DNA of 63,979 nucleotides, the filler included, from an uncultured Methanosarcinales archaeon (GTDB taxonomy: Archaea > Nanobdellota > Nanobdellia > Woesearchaeales > CAYXTQ01): assembly GCA_964608065.1 (NCBI GenBank). It is 3 parts of 3 records of this genome, joined end to end, with 100 filler letters (N's around TTAATTAATTAA, not from the genome) between each part and the next. Parts side by side here need not be neighbours in the genome. Positions count along the whole stretch, not along the records: positions 1 to 24,101 come from CAZSMA010000008.1; 2 more parts are not named here. The stretch is one strand, 5' to 3'. Positions within the stretch are counted from its first letter, which is position 1; each line of letters begins with the position of its first letter. Below are positions 1-10,392 of this stretch, in pieces. The position numbers and the translations under genes are program-made. Below the pieces are notes generated by a model, which made no database searches, had not been told where the DNA came from, and saw nothing but the letters and a program-made list of their open reading frames with translations.

Positions 1-39
1 ACTGCTTTCATATTGTGTTATTAGATTTAATGAATGCTT

Positions 40-303
40 TTAAAGTTTTCTATGTCTTTTGCATTTGTTCTTTTTTTTGTAAAAAATTAGGCTTATTATC
101 AGAAGTAGAATTCCTATTATTAAGAATAATATTCTGTTATCAGATAAAAAAGCCATTACTATTGCCAAGATACCTACTAATGATAATAAAGGTGCTAAAA
201 CACAAGCACATAGGCCAAATGCAGCAATAGCTGTGCCAATGCTACCTAATAAAGTTGATACTCCTCCTGTAATGACAATAATCTTTTTTTTTATTGATTT
301 CAT
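40..303 (-). CDS. Small membrane protein with CxC motif (MerF/MerT-like metal transporter?)
   Basis: 2-3 hydrophobic segments, GLCACV motif, basic C-terminal tail with Cys. Confidence 0.45.
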   Translation of the reverse strand: MKSIKKKIIVITGGVSTLLGSIGTAIAAFGLCACVLAPLLSLVGILAIVMAFLSDNRILFLIIGILLLIISLIFYKKKNKCKRHRKL

Positions 304-395
304 ATAAATTGTGTAACGGGTTTTTGTTTTTAATTCTTTTGGTTGTAAACAGATTATAGCAAATTTTATATATGCCCTTAATTTAGAAATAGGTT

Positions 396-1196
396 ATGGA
401 TTTAAGCAAAAACCTGGTTGTTGAACTTTTTTTTTCCACATTTGAATCAATAAAGAAAAGAAAATTATACTTATTGTATCCTGCAGTTCTTGATTTATTA
501 TTTATTGTAAGTTATGGTTTTGCTGCTGGTTTTTTTGTTGAGGGTGTTCAAAAGAGTGCAGTAGAGTTGTTAAAAACCGGCAAGAGCATATTAACTTCTG
601 GAAGTTTAATCAAAGGTTTGTTGAGCAATAATGAATCTTTTTCCATAATTTTATTGACATTAGCTTTTATGCTGGTAGTCTATATCCTTTATTGTGTTTT
701 ACAGGGCGTAAATTGGAGGTTAAGTAAGAAATTTGTGAATGAAGATATTAAATTTTTTAAATATTTAAAAAAATTTTTCTTAGTGAATATTTTCTGGTTT
801 GCATTATTCTTTTTTTTAGAGTTTCTTGATTATATAAGAAGAGTGGTGAGTTATCTTAACGTAGGGGAGCTAGATGCATCCTTTTTTAGCATAGCTGTCA
901 GTGTTTTGACATTTATAATAATTTATTTTGCTTTTATCTCTTATGCTTTGATCAGTAAGTACAAAGTTGTTAATGCAATAAAAAAAAGCTTTTATCTTGG
1001 AACAAAGAAATTAATGTATTTTCTTTTTATGTATTTAATAATATTCATCTTATTCTTGATAATAAACTTCTTATTGATACTTATGAACAAGATCAACTTT
1101 ATATTGATGATCATTATTGGAATAATAACTGTGCTGCCTGCTTTCACGTTTGTCAGGGTTTTTGTCAACCTTGTTGTTAGTAAGTTAGAAAGTTAG
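396..1196 (+). CDS. Hypothetical polytopic membrane protein
   Basis: 266 aa ORF, ~6 hydrophobic segments. Confidence 0.7.
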   Translation: MDLSKNLVVELFFSTFESIKKRKLYLLYPAVLDLLFIVSYGFAAGFFVEGVQKSAVELLKTGKSILTSGSLIKGLLSNNESFSIILLTLAFMLVVYILYCVLQGVNWRLSKKFVNEDIKFFKYLKKFFLVNIFWFALFFFLEFLDYIRRVVSYLNVGELDASFFSIAVSVLTFIIIYFAFISYALISKYKVVNAIKKSFYLGTKKLMYFLFMYLIIFILFLIINFLLILMNKINFILMIIIGIITVLPAFTFVRVFVNLVVSKLES

Positions 1197-1223
1197 TAAA
1201 AAAAAAAAAAAAATAAAAAAATA

Positions 1224-3512
1224 ATGAAAAAGATTTATTTTGGAATTTTTCTGATATCTGTAGCAACATTAGCTTTAGAGATTTCTCTAGTGAGAATTTT
1301 TTCTATAGGACAATACTATCATTTTGCTTTTATGGTTATTAGTATAGCAATGTTTGGAATAGCTGCCGCTGGAACTTTTTTGTCAGTAAAGAAAATAAAA
1401 AAAATAAGCAATATGGCAATACTTTTTTCTATTTTTGTTTTAATTGGTTTTTTTGTAACAAATAAAATAGGTTTTGATCCTTATAAAGCAATTTTTAATT
1501 ATTTTGAAATTTTTAAATTATTTATGTATTATATATTTTTAGGGTTGCCTTTTTTTTTCTTCGGTATTATAATAGCTTACAGTTTCATTAAATACAAGAA
1601 TATAGCTGGTAAAATTTATTTTTATAATTTAATGGGTTCTGCTTTAGGAAGTTTATTACCAATAGCTTTAATTTCTTTTTTTAGGGTTAAGATAATTATT
1701 TTAATATCATTATTAGGGTTAATAAGCGCTTTGTTTTTTATTGATGAAAAAAAGCCATTAGAAAAATTAAAAATCAATAAAAAAAATATTGTTTTTGGTT
1801 TAATAGTTCTAAATTTATTATTGTTTTTAGTTCCTTTTGATATAAATATTTCACAATACAAAGAACTTAATCAAGCTTTGAATTACCCTAATTCTAAGTT
1901 ATTAGAGACAAGATGGAATAGTTTTTCTAGGGTTGATGTTGTAGAAAGTAGTTTTACAAGATATGCTCCCGGTTTAGCATCTAGTTTTAGAGGTAATTTG
2001 CCTGAGCAAATTGGGGTTTTAACTGATGGTAGTAATATGAATTCTATAACAAAATATGAAAATTTAGATTTTATAGATTATTTACCTAATTCAATAGGTT
2101 ACTATCTAATAGAAAATCCTAAGGTTTTAGTGATTAATTCTGGTGTTGGTTTAGATGTGTTAAGTGCTTTAGAAAATAATGGTGAAGTTACTGCTATTGA
2201 AACAAACCCTATAATTATAAGTTTATTAAAAACAGAATATAAGGTATTTTCTGGAGATATTTATAATAAAGCTAATGTTTTTGTTGGAGAAGGCAGAGGT
2301 TTTTTAAAAAAGAATGAAAAATATGACATAATAGTATTATCTTTAGCTGGAAATGTTTTATCAAGCACAGCTGGAATAACAAATTTAAATGAAAATTATT
2401 TATTAACAAAAGAAGCATTTGAGGATTATTATAATAATTTAAATGAAAATGGAGTTATAGTAATAACAAGATGGTTATTATTTCCACCAAGAGAGTCTCT
2501 AAGGCTAATGAGTTTAGCTTTGGAAATCAGTGATAAGAAAAATATAGCTATATTTAGGTCATGGACAACAGTAACTTTATTGATAAGCAGGAATGAATTA
2601 AGTGATGAACGTATTAATAAAATTAAAAATTTTTTAGATAAAAATAAATTTGATATTATCTATTTGCCAGCAAACTTTGAGCCTAATAAATATGGTAAGT
2701 TTAAGGAACCGTATTATTATAATTCTGTAAAAAAAATAATAGAGGATAGGAATGAATTTTATAAAGAATACTTATTTAATGTAAAGCCAGTAACTGATAA
2801 TAAACCCTTTTATTTTAATTTTTTTAAGTGGAGCAAAGTTAAAGAATTGTATAAGTCAATAGGACAGAAATGGCAGCCTTTTTTTGATTCTGGTTTTTTA
2901 CTTATTTTTATTTTTATTCAAGCCTTAATTTTAAGTTTTATTTTTATTTTATTACCTATCAGATTTTTAAAAAAAAAGAAGATTAATAAAAAACCATTGT
3001 TTTATTTTTTTTGTATTGGTTTAGCTTATCTTTTTATTGAAATATTTTTTATACAAAAATTTATTTTGTTTTTAGGACACGTTATTTATTCAACCTCTAT
3101 TGTCATATTTTCAGTATTGTTTTTTTCTAGTTTAGGAAGCTTAATTTCTCAGAAATTTAAATTAGAAAGATTAAAAAAAAAAATTTATTTATTATTTTTA
3201 GTAATTATTTTTTATTCCTTTGCTTTAAAATTTTTAATAAATTATTTTATCGTATTTGATTTATTAACGAAGATAATAGTTTCTATAGTAATCATAGCAC
3301 CTATTGCTTTTTTGATGGGAATGCCTTTTCCTTTAGGAATTAGAATAATAAACAAAAGGTTAATACCTTGGGCCTGGGCTGTTAATGGTAGTGCTTCTGT
3401 ATTAAGTTCAATAATAGCTGTAATAATTGCTTTAAGTTTTGGTTATATAAGTGTTTTGATTTTGGCTGGAATTTTGTATGTTTTAGGGATAGTGTCAATA
3501 AAAAAACAATAA
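1224..3512 (+). CDS. Membrane protein fused to spermidine-synthase-like SAM-dependent transferase domain
   Basis: TM blocks at both ends; central VLVINSGVGLDV, AIETNP, EGRGFL, YDIIVL, PVTDNKPF motifs; C-terminal PWAWAVNG. Confidence 0.8.
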   Translation: MKKIYFGIFLISVATLALEISLVRIFSIGQYYHFAFMVISIAMFGIAAAGTFLSVKKIKKISNMAILFSIFVLIGFFVTNKIGFDPYKAIFNYFEIFKLFMYYIFLGLPFFFFGIIIAYSFIKYKNIAGKIYFYNLMGSALGSLLPIALISFFRVKIIILISLLGLISALFFIDEKKPLEKLKINKKNIVFGLIVLNLLLFLVPFDINISQYKELNQALNYPNSKLLETRWNSFSRVDVVESSFTRYAPGLASSFRGNLPEQIGVLTDGSNMNSITKYENLDFIDYLPNSIGYYLIENPKVLVINSGVGLDVLSALENNGEVTAIETNPIIISLLKTEYKVFSGDIYNKANVFVGEGRGFLKKNEKYDIIVLSLAGNVLSSTAGITNLNENYLLTKEAFEDYYNNLNENGVIVITRWLLFPPRESLRLMSLALEISDKKNIAIFRSWTTVTLLISRNELSDERINKIKNFLDKNKFDIIYLPANFEPNKYGKFKEPYYYNSVKKIIEDRNEFYKEYLFNVKPVTDNKPFYFNFFKWSKVKELYKSIGQKWQPFFDSGFLLIFIFIQALILSFIFILLPIRFLKKKKINKKPLFYFFCIGLAYLFIEIFFIQKFILFLGHVIYSTSIVIFSVLFFSSLGSLISQKFKLERLKKKIYLLFLVIIFYSFALKFLINYFIVFDLLTKIIVSIVIIAPIAFLMGMPFPLGIRIINKRLIPWAWAVNGSASVLSSIIAVIIALSFGYISVLILAGILYVLGIVSIKKQ

Positions 3513-3884
3513 GGCAATTATTATAGCAACTAATATATTCAGTATACCAAACACAACCGTCCATTTTTCTGGCATACTAAGCAAAGCCTTCCATAACTGT
3601 TTTGTTTCTTTCTGTGCAACCAATAAGCTGTAACCTGACATAAAAAACAAAGCAGCAAACAAAATTATAATTAAATCAATTAATTCAACCATAAACAGAA
3701 TAAACATAAACATAACAAATGAGATTATAATTAAAACAATACCAAACCAATTGTATGTTTTCTTTGAGAATTTTAACAAACCTATTGAAAAAGCTTTGCT
3801 CCACTTCGGCAAAATAAGGCATATAATTCCTCTGACAAATAAAACTGCTGCAATAATTAATGCAATAACCTTAATAGGTGTCAT
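3495..3884 (-). CDS. Hypothetical 4-TM membrane protein
   Basis: ATG at 3884 preceded by GAGGT SD; hydrophobic helices. Confidence 0.65.
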   Translation of the reverse strand: MTPIKVIALIIAAVLFVRGIICLILPKWSKAFSIGLLKFSKKTYNWFGIVLIIISFVMFMFILFMVELIDLIIILFAALFFMSGYSLLVAQKETKQLWKALLSMPEKWTVVFGILNILVAIIIALLFFY

Positions 3885-4047
3885 AACCTCTTGTAAAGAA
3901 CAAAAATATAAAAACCTTACTAAAAAAAAAAAAATCAATTCATTTCCGTTACCCCCCAATAAAAACTTCCGATAAATTTTTATAATCTTGTTCCTTTAAT
4001 TCTAGTCTTAGGAGGTGATGTAAATTAAGTCTGTTTGTGATGGTTCC

Positions 4048-4395
4048 TTGGTTTTCGGTAATAAGATAAAGATAGGAACCGATATTGTGTATATTCCTAA
4101 ATTTGAAAACTTAATGGAGAATGAAAAGTTTATTAAAAGAGTATTCCATCCATCAGAATATAAGAATTATAAAGCAGAGCGTGTGGCTGGGATATTTGCT
4201 GTAAAAGAGGCTTTTTTCAAAGCAATAAACAAAAAGCCTGATTGGCTTAAGGTTGAGGTTAAAAAACAAAAAACAGGAAAGCCAGTATTAGTGATAGCAA
4301 ATGAATTAAAAAAAAATATAGAAGTTATTGATATCAGTATTAGCCATGATAAGGATTATGCTATTGCAACTGTTTTAATTAAGGATGTCAATTAA
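4048..4395 (+). CDS. acpS: Holo-[acyl-carrier-protein] synthase (phosphopantetheinyl transferase)
   Basis: IGTDIV, AGIFAVKEAFFKA, GKP, ISISHD motifs. Confidence 0.92.
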   Translation: MVFGNKIKIGTDIVYIPKFENLMENEKFIKRVFHPSEYKNYKAERVAGIFAVKEAFFKAINKKPDWLKVEVKKQKTGKPVLVIANELKKNIEVIDISISHDKDYAIATVLIKDVN

Positions 4396-5572
4396 AAAAC
4401 AAATCTTTGGCTGGAGTATGTACGATTTCGCTAATACAATATTCTCAGCCTTATTTATCACTGTTTATTTTCCTTTATTTGTCATACTTAAAGGAGGAAC
4501 TGCTTTTCATGTTGGTTTAGCAATGTCAATTTCTATGCTGTTGGCTGGATTACTAGTTCCCTTTTTAGGAGCTATTGCTGATGTAACTCAAAGAAAAAAG
4601 CTATTGTTGTTTATATTCACATTAATTGCTTGTATTTTTACCTTTTTTACTGGATTTTTTGGTTTAATTGTGGTTTTATTGTTGGGTTTATTAGCCAATT
4701 TCTTTTTTCACGCATGCCTTGATGTTTATGATTCATTATTGGTTAATATCTCAAATAAAAGGAACATAGGAAGAATATCTGGATTGGGAACTGCTGTTGG
4801 ATATATAGGAACAATACTAAGCGTTGTAATGGCTTATATTATTGGATATTTTTATGGTTATGAAAGTATTGAAGGAATAAAGATAATATTTGTTTTAACA
4901 GCTTTGCTTTATTTTGGGTTTTCTTTATTTACTTTTATTTTTGTTAAAGAAGCTTCAAAAATAAAGATTAAGAAACAGCATTTTACTAATGCTTTTAAAA
5001 GAGTAATCTTTACAATAAAAAACATTAAGAAATTTAAGTCAGTATGGCTTTTTTTGCTAGCTTCGTTTTTATATGTTGATGGTGCAAATACTGCAATAAT
5101 CTTCTTATTTTTGTATGCCAAAGATCAAATAAATTTAACTCTAGTGCAATTCCTTCCACTATACCTAGTAATGGCAATAGCTGCCGGTATTGGAGCTTTA
5201 TTTTTCGGAAAGCTAACAGATAAATTAGGGCATAAAAAAACCTTAAACATTGTTTTGTTTGGGTGGGTGATAATCATTTTAATGTTGTATCTAAGGACAA
5301 CTTATGCAACCTTTTTACTAACAGGTGTTTTAGGTGGGGCTTTATTAGGGGGTATATGGACAATTACTAGGCCTATTTTAGTTGAGCTAGCACCAAAAAC
5401 TAAAATAGCTGAATTGTTAGGTTATCAAGGTTTAACAGAAAAATTTTCAGGAGTTATAGGACCAGTTTTATTTGGTTTTATAGCAGTTACTCTGGGGTTT
5501 AGGCAGGCTCTTTTGGTAGTTATTGCTTTATTTTTAACAGGGGCCTTTGTTTTGTGGTTTGTTAAAAAATGA
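4385..5572 (+). CDS. MFS transporter (UMF1/ATG22-like family)
   Basis: GWSMYDFANT N-terminus, PFLGAIAD, FGKLTDKLGHKK MFS loop motifs, ~12 TM. Confidence 0.88.
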   Translation: MSIKKQIFGWSMYDFANTIFSALFITVYFPLFVILKGGTAFHVGLAMSISMLLAGLLVPFLGAIADVTQRKKLLLFIFTLIACIFTFFTGFFGLIVVLLLGLLANFFFHACLDVYDSLLVNISNKRNIGRISGLGTAVGYIGTILSVVMAYIIGYFYGYESIEGIKIIFVLTALLYFGFSLFTFIFVKEASKIKIKKQHFTNAFKRVIFTIKNIKKFKSVWLFLLASFLYVDGANTAIIFLFLYAKDQINLTLVQFLPLYLVMAIAAGIGALFFGKLTDKLGHKKTLNIVLFGWVIIILMLYLRTTYATFLLTGVLGGALLGGIWTITRPILVELAPKTKIAELLGYQGLTEKFSGVIGPVLFGFIAVTLGFRQALLVVIALFLTGAFVLWFVKK

Positions 5573-5609
5573 AGACAGACTCACTAACGTTCGTAGCTTT
5601 CATTTAAAA

Positions 5610-8070
5610 ATGAAAACATTTAAAGAATTAATTAATGGATTTGAGGATTCGGATAAAATTGCAATAATAGACAGAAAGGAATATAGAAAATTCAGCTATA
5701 CCTACAAACAATTACACGCTCTTTCTAGAAAGTTTGCGAGCTTTCTTAAAGAAAATAATGTAAAGAAGGGAGATGGAATAATAGTGTGGACTTATAATGG
5801 GGTTGAGTATGCATTAATCTTATTAGGGGCATTTTTAGAGGGGGTTATTGTAGTTCCTATTGATTTAAGATCAAATATTGATTTTGTTAATAAGATTCAA
5901 AAAGAGGTTAATGCTAAAATAATCTTCCAGACAAGATACAAGCCAAAATTAAAAAAGAAAAAAGTAGTTTTTATTGAGCAAATCTTAGATATCCTAAATG
6001 AAAAAAAAATAAAAAAAAGTTCTACAAAGATTAATGAGAATGATGTTGCTGAGATAATTTACACCTCAGGAACAACTGGTGCTCCAAAAGGAGTTATTTT
6101 GACAAATAAAAATTTTATTTCTAATATTAATGCATTGAATAAAATTGAGAAAGCGGATTATAGGTTTAAATTTCTATCTGTACTTCCGTTAAGCCACGTG
6201 TTTGAACAAACAATCGGATTTTTCATCCCAATATCTAACGAAGCTACTATTGTTTATATAAAAACACTGAAAACAAGTGCTTTGTTTGATGCTTTTAGAG
6301 AAGAAAAAATAACAAATATGGCGGTAGTGCCAAGACTTTTACAGCTTATTTATTCTGGAATTTTACAAAAAGTGAGAGAGAAAAAAAAAAAAAAAAGAAA
6401 AACAGTTTTCTTTAATGTTGAGGGCTGCTAAAAAGCTTCCATTCAGCTTAAGAAGAATCTTGTTCAGCAAGATTCATAAAAAATTCGGAAATAATATTAA
6501 TTATTTTCTTTGCGGAGGAGCTGTGCTTGATAAGGAATTGGAGGGGTTTTATGAGGCAATAGGAATTCCAATTCTTCAGGGTTATGGATTAACAGAAACA
6601 TCTCCTGTTTTAACTTCTAATATACTAAAGGATAGAAAGCTTGGCTCTGTTGGAAAGGTTATTCCTGGTGTTGAGATTAAAATTGACAAAAATAAAGAAA
6701 TTCTTGCAAAAGGTGATTCAATAACTCCAGGATATTATAAAAATCCAACTAAAACTAGAGAGCTTTTCAAAGGTGGTTGGTTAAAAACAGGAGACTTAGG
6801 GTATTTCAGTAAAGATAGGTTTCTATATTTGAAAGGCAGAAAAAAAGATATGATAGTGACAGCTGCAGGCATAAATATATATCCAGAAGATTTAGAAGAG
6901 GTTATTAATAAAATAGAAGGGGTTAAAGATAGCTGTGTTATTGGAATTGAAGGAAAAAAAAAAAAAAAAGAAGATACTCATGCTGATTTGTTGTTAAAAA
7001 AAAAAAGTAATGCTAAACAAATAATTTCTAAAGCCAATAAAAAGCTTGATGCTTCCCAAAAAATAAAAGATTACAGTGTTTGGCCTTATGAAGATTTTCC
7101 AAGGACAACAACTTTGAAGGTCAAAAAATATTTTGTGAAGGAATTTGTCAAAAAAAAAATAGAACCAAAAATTGTTAAGAAAAAGAACAAGGTTTATGAT
7201 ATACTCTCGCAATTAACACATAAAAAGATAACTAAAAATTCAAGTTTGCAGGATTTAGGGCTTTCATCAATTGACAGGGTTGAATTAATCTCTCTTTTAG
7301 AGCAAGAGTTTAATCTTGAAATTGATGAGGAAAAGATTCTTCCAAATATAAGGGTTAAAGATTTAGAGAGTATTGTTGAAATGAGGAAGCAGATTGAGGA
7401 AAAACCAATCTTCAAAAAATGGGCTTTATCTATTTTTATCAGAACTCTAAGGTTTTTAGTTCAAAAACTGCTTTTTTTTTCCTTTGTTAGGTTCTTTAGC
7501 TGGCCGTCTATAGAAGGAAAAGAAAGTTTAAAAGAGGTAAAAGGGCCTGTTATATTTGTCTCAAACCATCAAAGCCATTTTGATACGCCTTTGGTCTTAA
7601 TGAAACTACCATTAAGATTTTCTCGAAAGATTGCTGTTGCTGCTTGGCAAGAATATTTTTTTACTACAAATTTAAAATTCAACTCTTTTGCAAAACGAAT
7701 TTTATTTTATTTATTAACAGCATTTTTCAATATTTATGCATTTCCGCAAGAGAAAGGGTTTAGAAGAAGCATGAAATATACTGGAAACTTGATAGATAAT
7801 GGGTGGAATATCCTAATTTATCCTGAGGGAACAAGGACAACAACAGGAGAGATTCTTAAATTCAAGCAAGGCATTGGGGTGTTGGCTGTTGAAATGAAAG
7901 TAGCTATTATACCAATAAAGATTGAAAATGCAATAAAGATATTACCAAGATGGAAGAAATGGCCAAGCTTTGGGAGAGCTAAGATAAAGATTGGAAACCC
8001 AATCATAGTTAAAGAAGATTCTTATATAAAATCAACAGAGATAATTGAAAAGGCTGTAAGGGGTTTATAA
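5610..8070 (+). CDS. Long-chain acyl-AMP ligase-ACP-PlsC acyltransferase fusion (Aas-like); frame break at poly-A ~6381-6396
   Basis: YTSGTTGAPKGV AMP-binding motif, GYGLTETSP, KTGDLG; ACP-like DLGLSSIDRVEL; PlsC NHQSHFD and YPEGTRT; two ORFs (5547-6431, 6415-8070) join if the A-run is shortened. Confidence 0.88.
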
Positions 8071-8071
8071 T

Positions 8072-8935
8072 ATGGCTGTAATATTATGGTTTTTAAAAGT
8101 GATTTTAATCTTAGTTGGGTTTATTTTAATTATCTCTTTATTGCAATTTTTTCTGAGCATTCATCCTCCACGTTATAATGATCCTGACACACCTGATAAT
8201 TATGGCTTGAGATATGAAAATGTCTCTTTCACAACATCAGATAAAATAACTATAAAAGCATGGTTGATTAGTTCTGAAAAAGCTAATGGAACTGTTATAA
8301 TAGGTCATGGATATCCTTTTAACAAAGGCAACGTATTATCTGTTGCTAAATTTCTTTATCCTGAATATAATTTGCTTTTTTATGACCACAGATATTTTGG
8401 TGAAAGCTCTGGCTCAATAACTACTGTTGGAAAAAAAGAAAGAGAGGATGTAAAAGCTGCTGTAAATTTTGTACATAAAAGATTCAAAGAGAAACCAGTT
8501 TTTTTATATGGGTTTTCTTTAAGCGCATCTGCAATGTTGATGGCTAAAACAAATGTAAATGCTATTATAGCTGACTCAGCATATGCTGATCTTGAAAATA
8601 TGATTAAGCATATTTATAAGATATTTGGTCCATTAAAGTTTCCGTTTGTAAAAACTACGGATATTCTTGCAATGATCTTTTTCAAAGTACATCCTAAAAA
8701 GGTTTCTCCAGCATTAGCTATTAGAGATAGTGATATTCCAATCTTAGTTATTCACGGAGAAAAAGACAGTCAAATACCTGTTGAAAATGCATATATGCTA
8801 AAAGAAAGCAATCCAAATATTGAATTATGGATAGTCAAAGATAGTGACCATGGAGAAGCACATGCATTAGCTAAAGACGAATATGAAAAACGTATTAAAG
8901 GGTTTTTAAAAAGAAATATGGTTAAAAAATCGTAG
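8072..8935 (+). CDS. Membrane-anchored alpha/beta hydrolase
   Basis: N-terminal TM, HG oxyanion motif, GFSLS nucleophile elbow, HGEKD, terminal DHG. Confidence 0.85.
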   Translation: MAVILWFLKVILILVGFILIISLLQFFLSIHPPRYNDPDTPDNYGLRYENVSFTTSDKITIKAWLISSEKANGTVIIGHGYPFNKGNVLSVAKFLYPEYNLLFYDHRYFGESSGSITTVGKKEREDVKAAVNFVHKRFKEKPVFLYGFSLSASAMLMAKTNVNAIIADSAYADLENMIKHIYKIFGPLKFPFVKTTDILAMIFFKVHPKKVSPALAIRDSDIPILVIHGEKDSQIPVENAYMLKESNPNIELWIVKDSDHGEAHALAKDEYEKRIKGFLKRNMVKKS

Positions 8936-8963
8936 GGGTTATTTTAAAAAAAAAAAAAAAAAA

Positions 8964-9734
8964 TTATTCTTCTTGGGCTTTACCTGTCATTGGAACAAAC
9001 CTGACCCCTGTTATAAATTCTGTTTCTAATTCAGTTCCTTTTTTGGTTACTAATGTTAATGTCTGGAATCTAAGAGTAGAGCCTAATGGAATAATTAATT
9101 TACCATTTTCCTTTAACTGTTCTAATAATGGTGGAGGTATATGGTTAGCAGCTGCAGTAACAATAATTGCATCAAATCTGACTTTGTCTTTCCAGCCAAA
9201 ATAGCCATCTGCATTTTTAACTTCAACATTATTATAACCTAATGAATTTAATCTTTCACTTGCAGACTGTGCTAGTTCTTTTATAATTTCAATAGTATAA
9301 ACTTCTTTTACCAACTCTGCTAAAACCGCTGCTTGATATCCAGACCCTGTTCCTATTTCTAAAACTTTATCTCTTGGTTTTAATTCTAAAGATTGGGTCA
9401 TTAAAGCCACAATATATGGTTGGGAAATAGTTTGTCCATAGCCTATCGGCACTGGATGGTCTTCATAAGCTTGATCTATATATTGAGTCATAAATTTATG
9501 CCTAGGAACAGTTTCCATGACTTTTAGAACTTTTTCATTATTTATATCTCTAGTTTTAAGCTGAGTTTCTACCATCTGTTTTCTTGATAAGCTGTATTTA
9601 TCTACTTCTAGCTCTGATTCATTAATAGAAATATTTTTATTTTCTTTGTAACCCCCTTTTTTTATTAATAAAAGGATTAAGATTATAATTAATATAATGA
9701 TAACTATATGTTTTAGTTTATTAGATTTTTTCAT
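8964..9734 (-). CDS. pcm: Protein-L-isoaspartate O-methyltransferase with N-terminal TM anchor
   Basis: [36 protein letters not shown]; likely start MKKSNK at 9734. Confidence 0.93.
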   Translation of the reverse strand: MKKSNKLKHIVIIILIIILILLLIKKGGYKENKNISINESELEVDKYSLSRKQMVETQLKTRDINNEKVLKVMETVPRHKFMTQYIDQAYEDHPVPIGYGQTISQPYIVALMTQSLELKPRDKVLEIGTGSGYQAAVLAELVKEVYTIEIIKELAQSASERLNSLGYNNVEVKNADGYFGWKDKVRFDAIIVTAAANHIPPPLLEQLKENGKLIIPLGSTLRFQTLTLVTKKGTELETEFITGVRFVPMTGKAQEE

Positions 9735-9851
9735 CTTATTAAATATTGTATTTAGAGTATAAATAGTTTTTTGTTTAAAATAATAATAACAACAGTAAAA
9801 CATATATTTTCTAAAACCGAAATGTTTAAATATAAGCATATTTTACTTAAT

Positions 9852-9899
9852 ACACTGCATCTTGTGGTTCTTAAGCGATTATACCACAATATCTTGTGT
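9852..9899 (+). promoter_or_regulatory. Tandem NrdR boxes
   Basis: ACACTGCATCTTGTGG (9852-9867) and CCACAATATCTTGTGT (9884-9899), 32 bp apart, match acaCwAtATaTwGtgt directly upstream of nrdR-nrdD. Confidence 0.8.
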
Positions 9900-9933
9900 T
9901 TATGTAAAAGTAGTAAAACAGGAAAATCTAACA

Positions 9934-10389
9934 ATGAAGTGTCCTTATTGCTCGTCAACTGGAACAAAGGTTGTAGATAAAAGAGCTACAGAGGATGACA
10001 AAGCAACAAGGAGAAGAAGAGAATGCTTGAAGTGTAAGAAAAGATTCACAACATATGAGCGTATTGAAGGCGCAACTTTAATGATTGTAAAAAAAAATGG
10101 CAACAGAGAAGAGTTTGACAGGCAAAAGCTGGAAAGGGGGGTAGTGAGGGCTTGTGAAAAAAGACCAATACCCCATGATAAAATCACAAAATTAGTTGAT
10201 GATATTGAAGCAGAGCTGAGGAACAGAGATGAAACAGAGATTCAGAGCAAGGTTATTGGAAATTTGGTTATAAGAAAATTAAAGAAACTGGATAAGGTTG
10301 CTTACATAAGGTTTGCTTCAGTTTACAGAGAGTTTGCTGATGTTGATTCATTTCAAGAAGAATTAAAGAAATTGTTAAAAAAGAGGTAG
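9934..10389 (+). CDS. nrdR: Transcriptional repressor NrdR
   Basis: MKCPYC..TKVVDKR..RRRRECLKCKKRFTTYE, ATP cone, AYIRFASVYREF. Confidence 0.96.
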   Translation: MKCPYCSSTGTKVVDKRATEDDKATRRRRECLKCKKRFTTYERIEGATLMIVKKNGNREEFDRQKLERGVVRACEKRPIPHDKITKLVDDIEAELRNRDETEIQSKVIGNLVIRKLKKLDKVAYIRFASVYREFADVDSFQEELKKLLKKR

Positions 10390-10392
10390 AAA

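Noticed and set aside
6381..6400. Frameshift in Aas-like gene as programmed frameshifting or phase variation (likewise GDT1 at ~20213-20219)
   Set aside because: Over-long A/T runs occur throughout the window, including in-frame poly-Lys expansions, so homopolymer error is more parsimonious; needs reads
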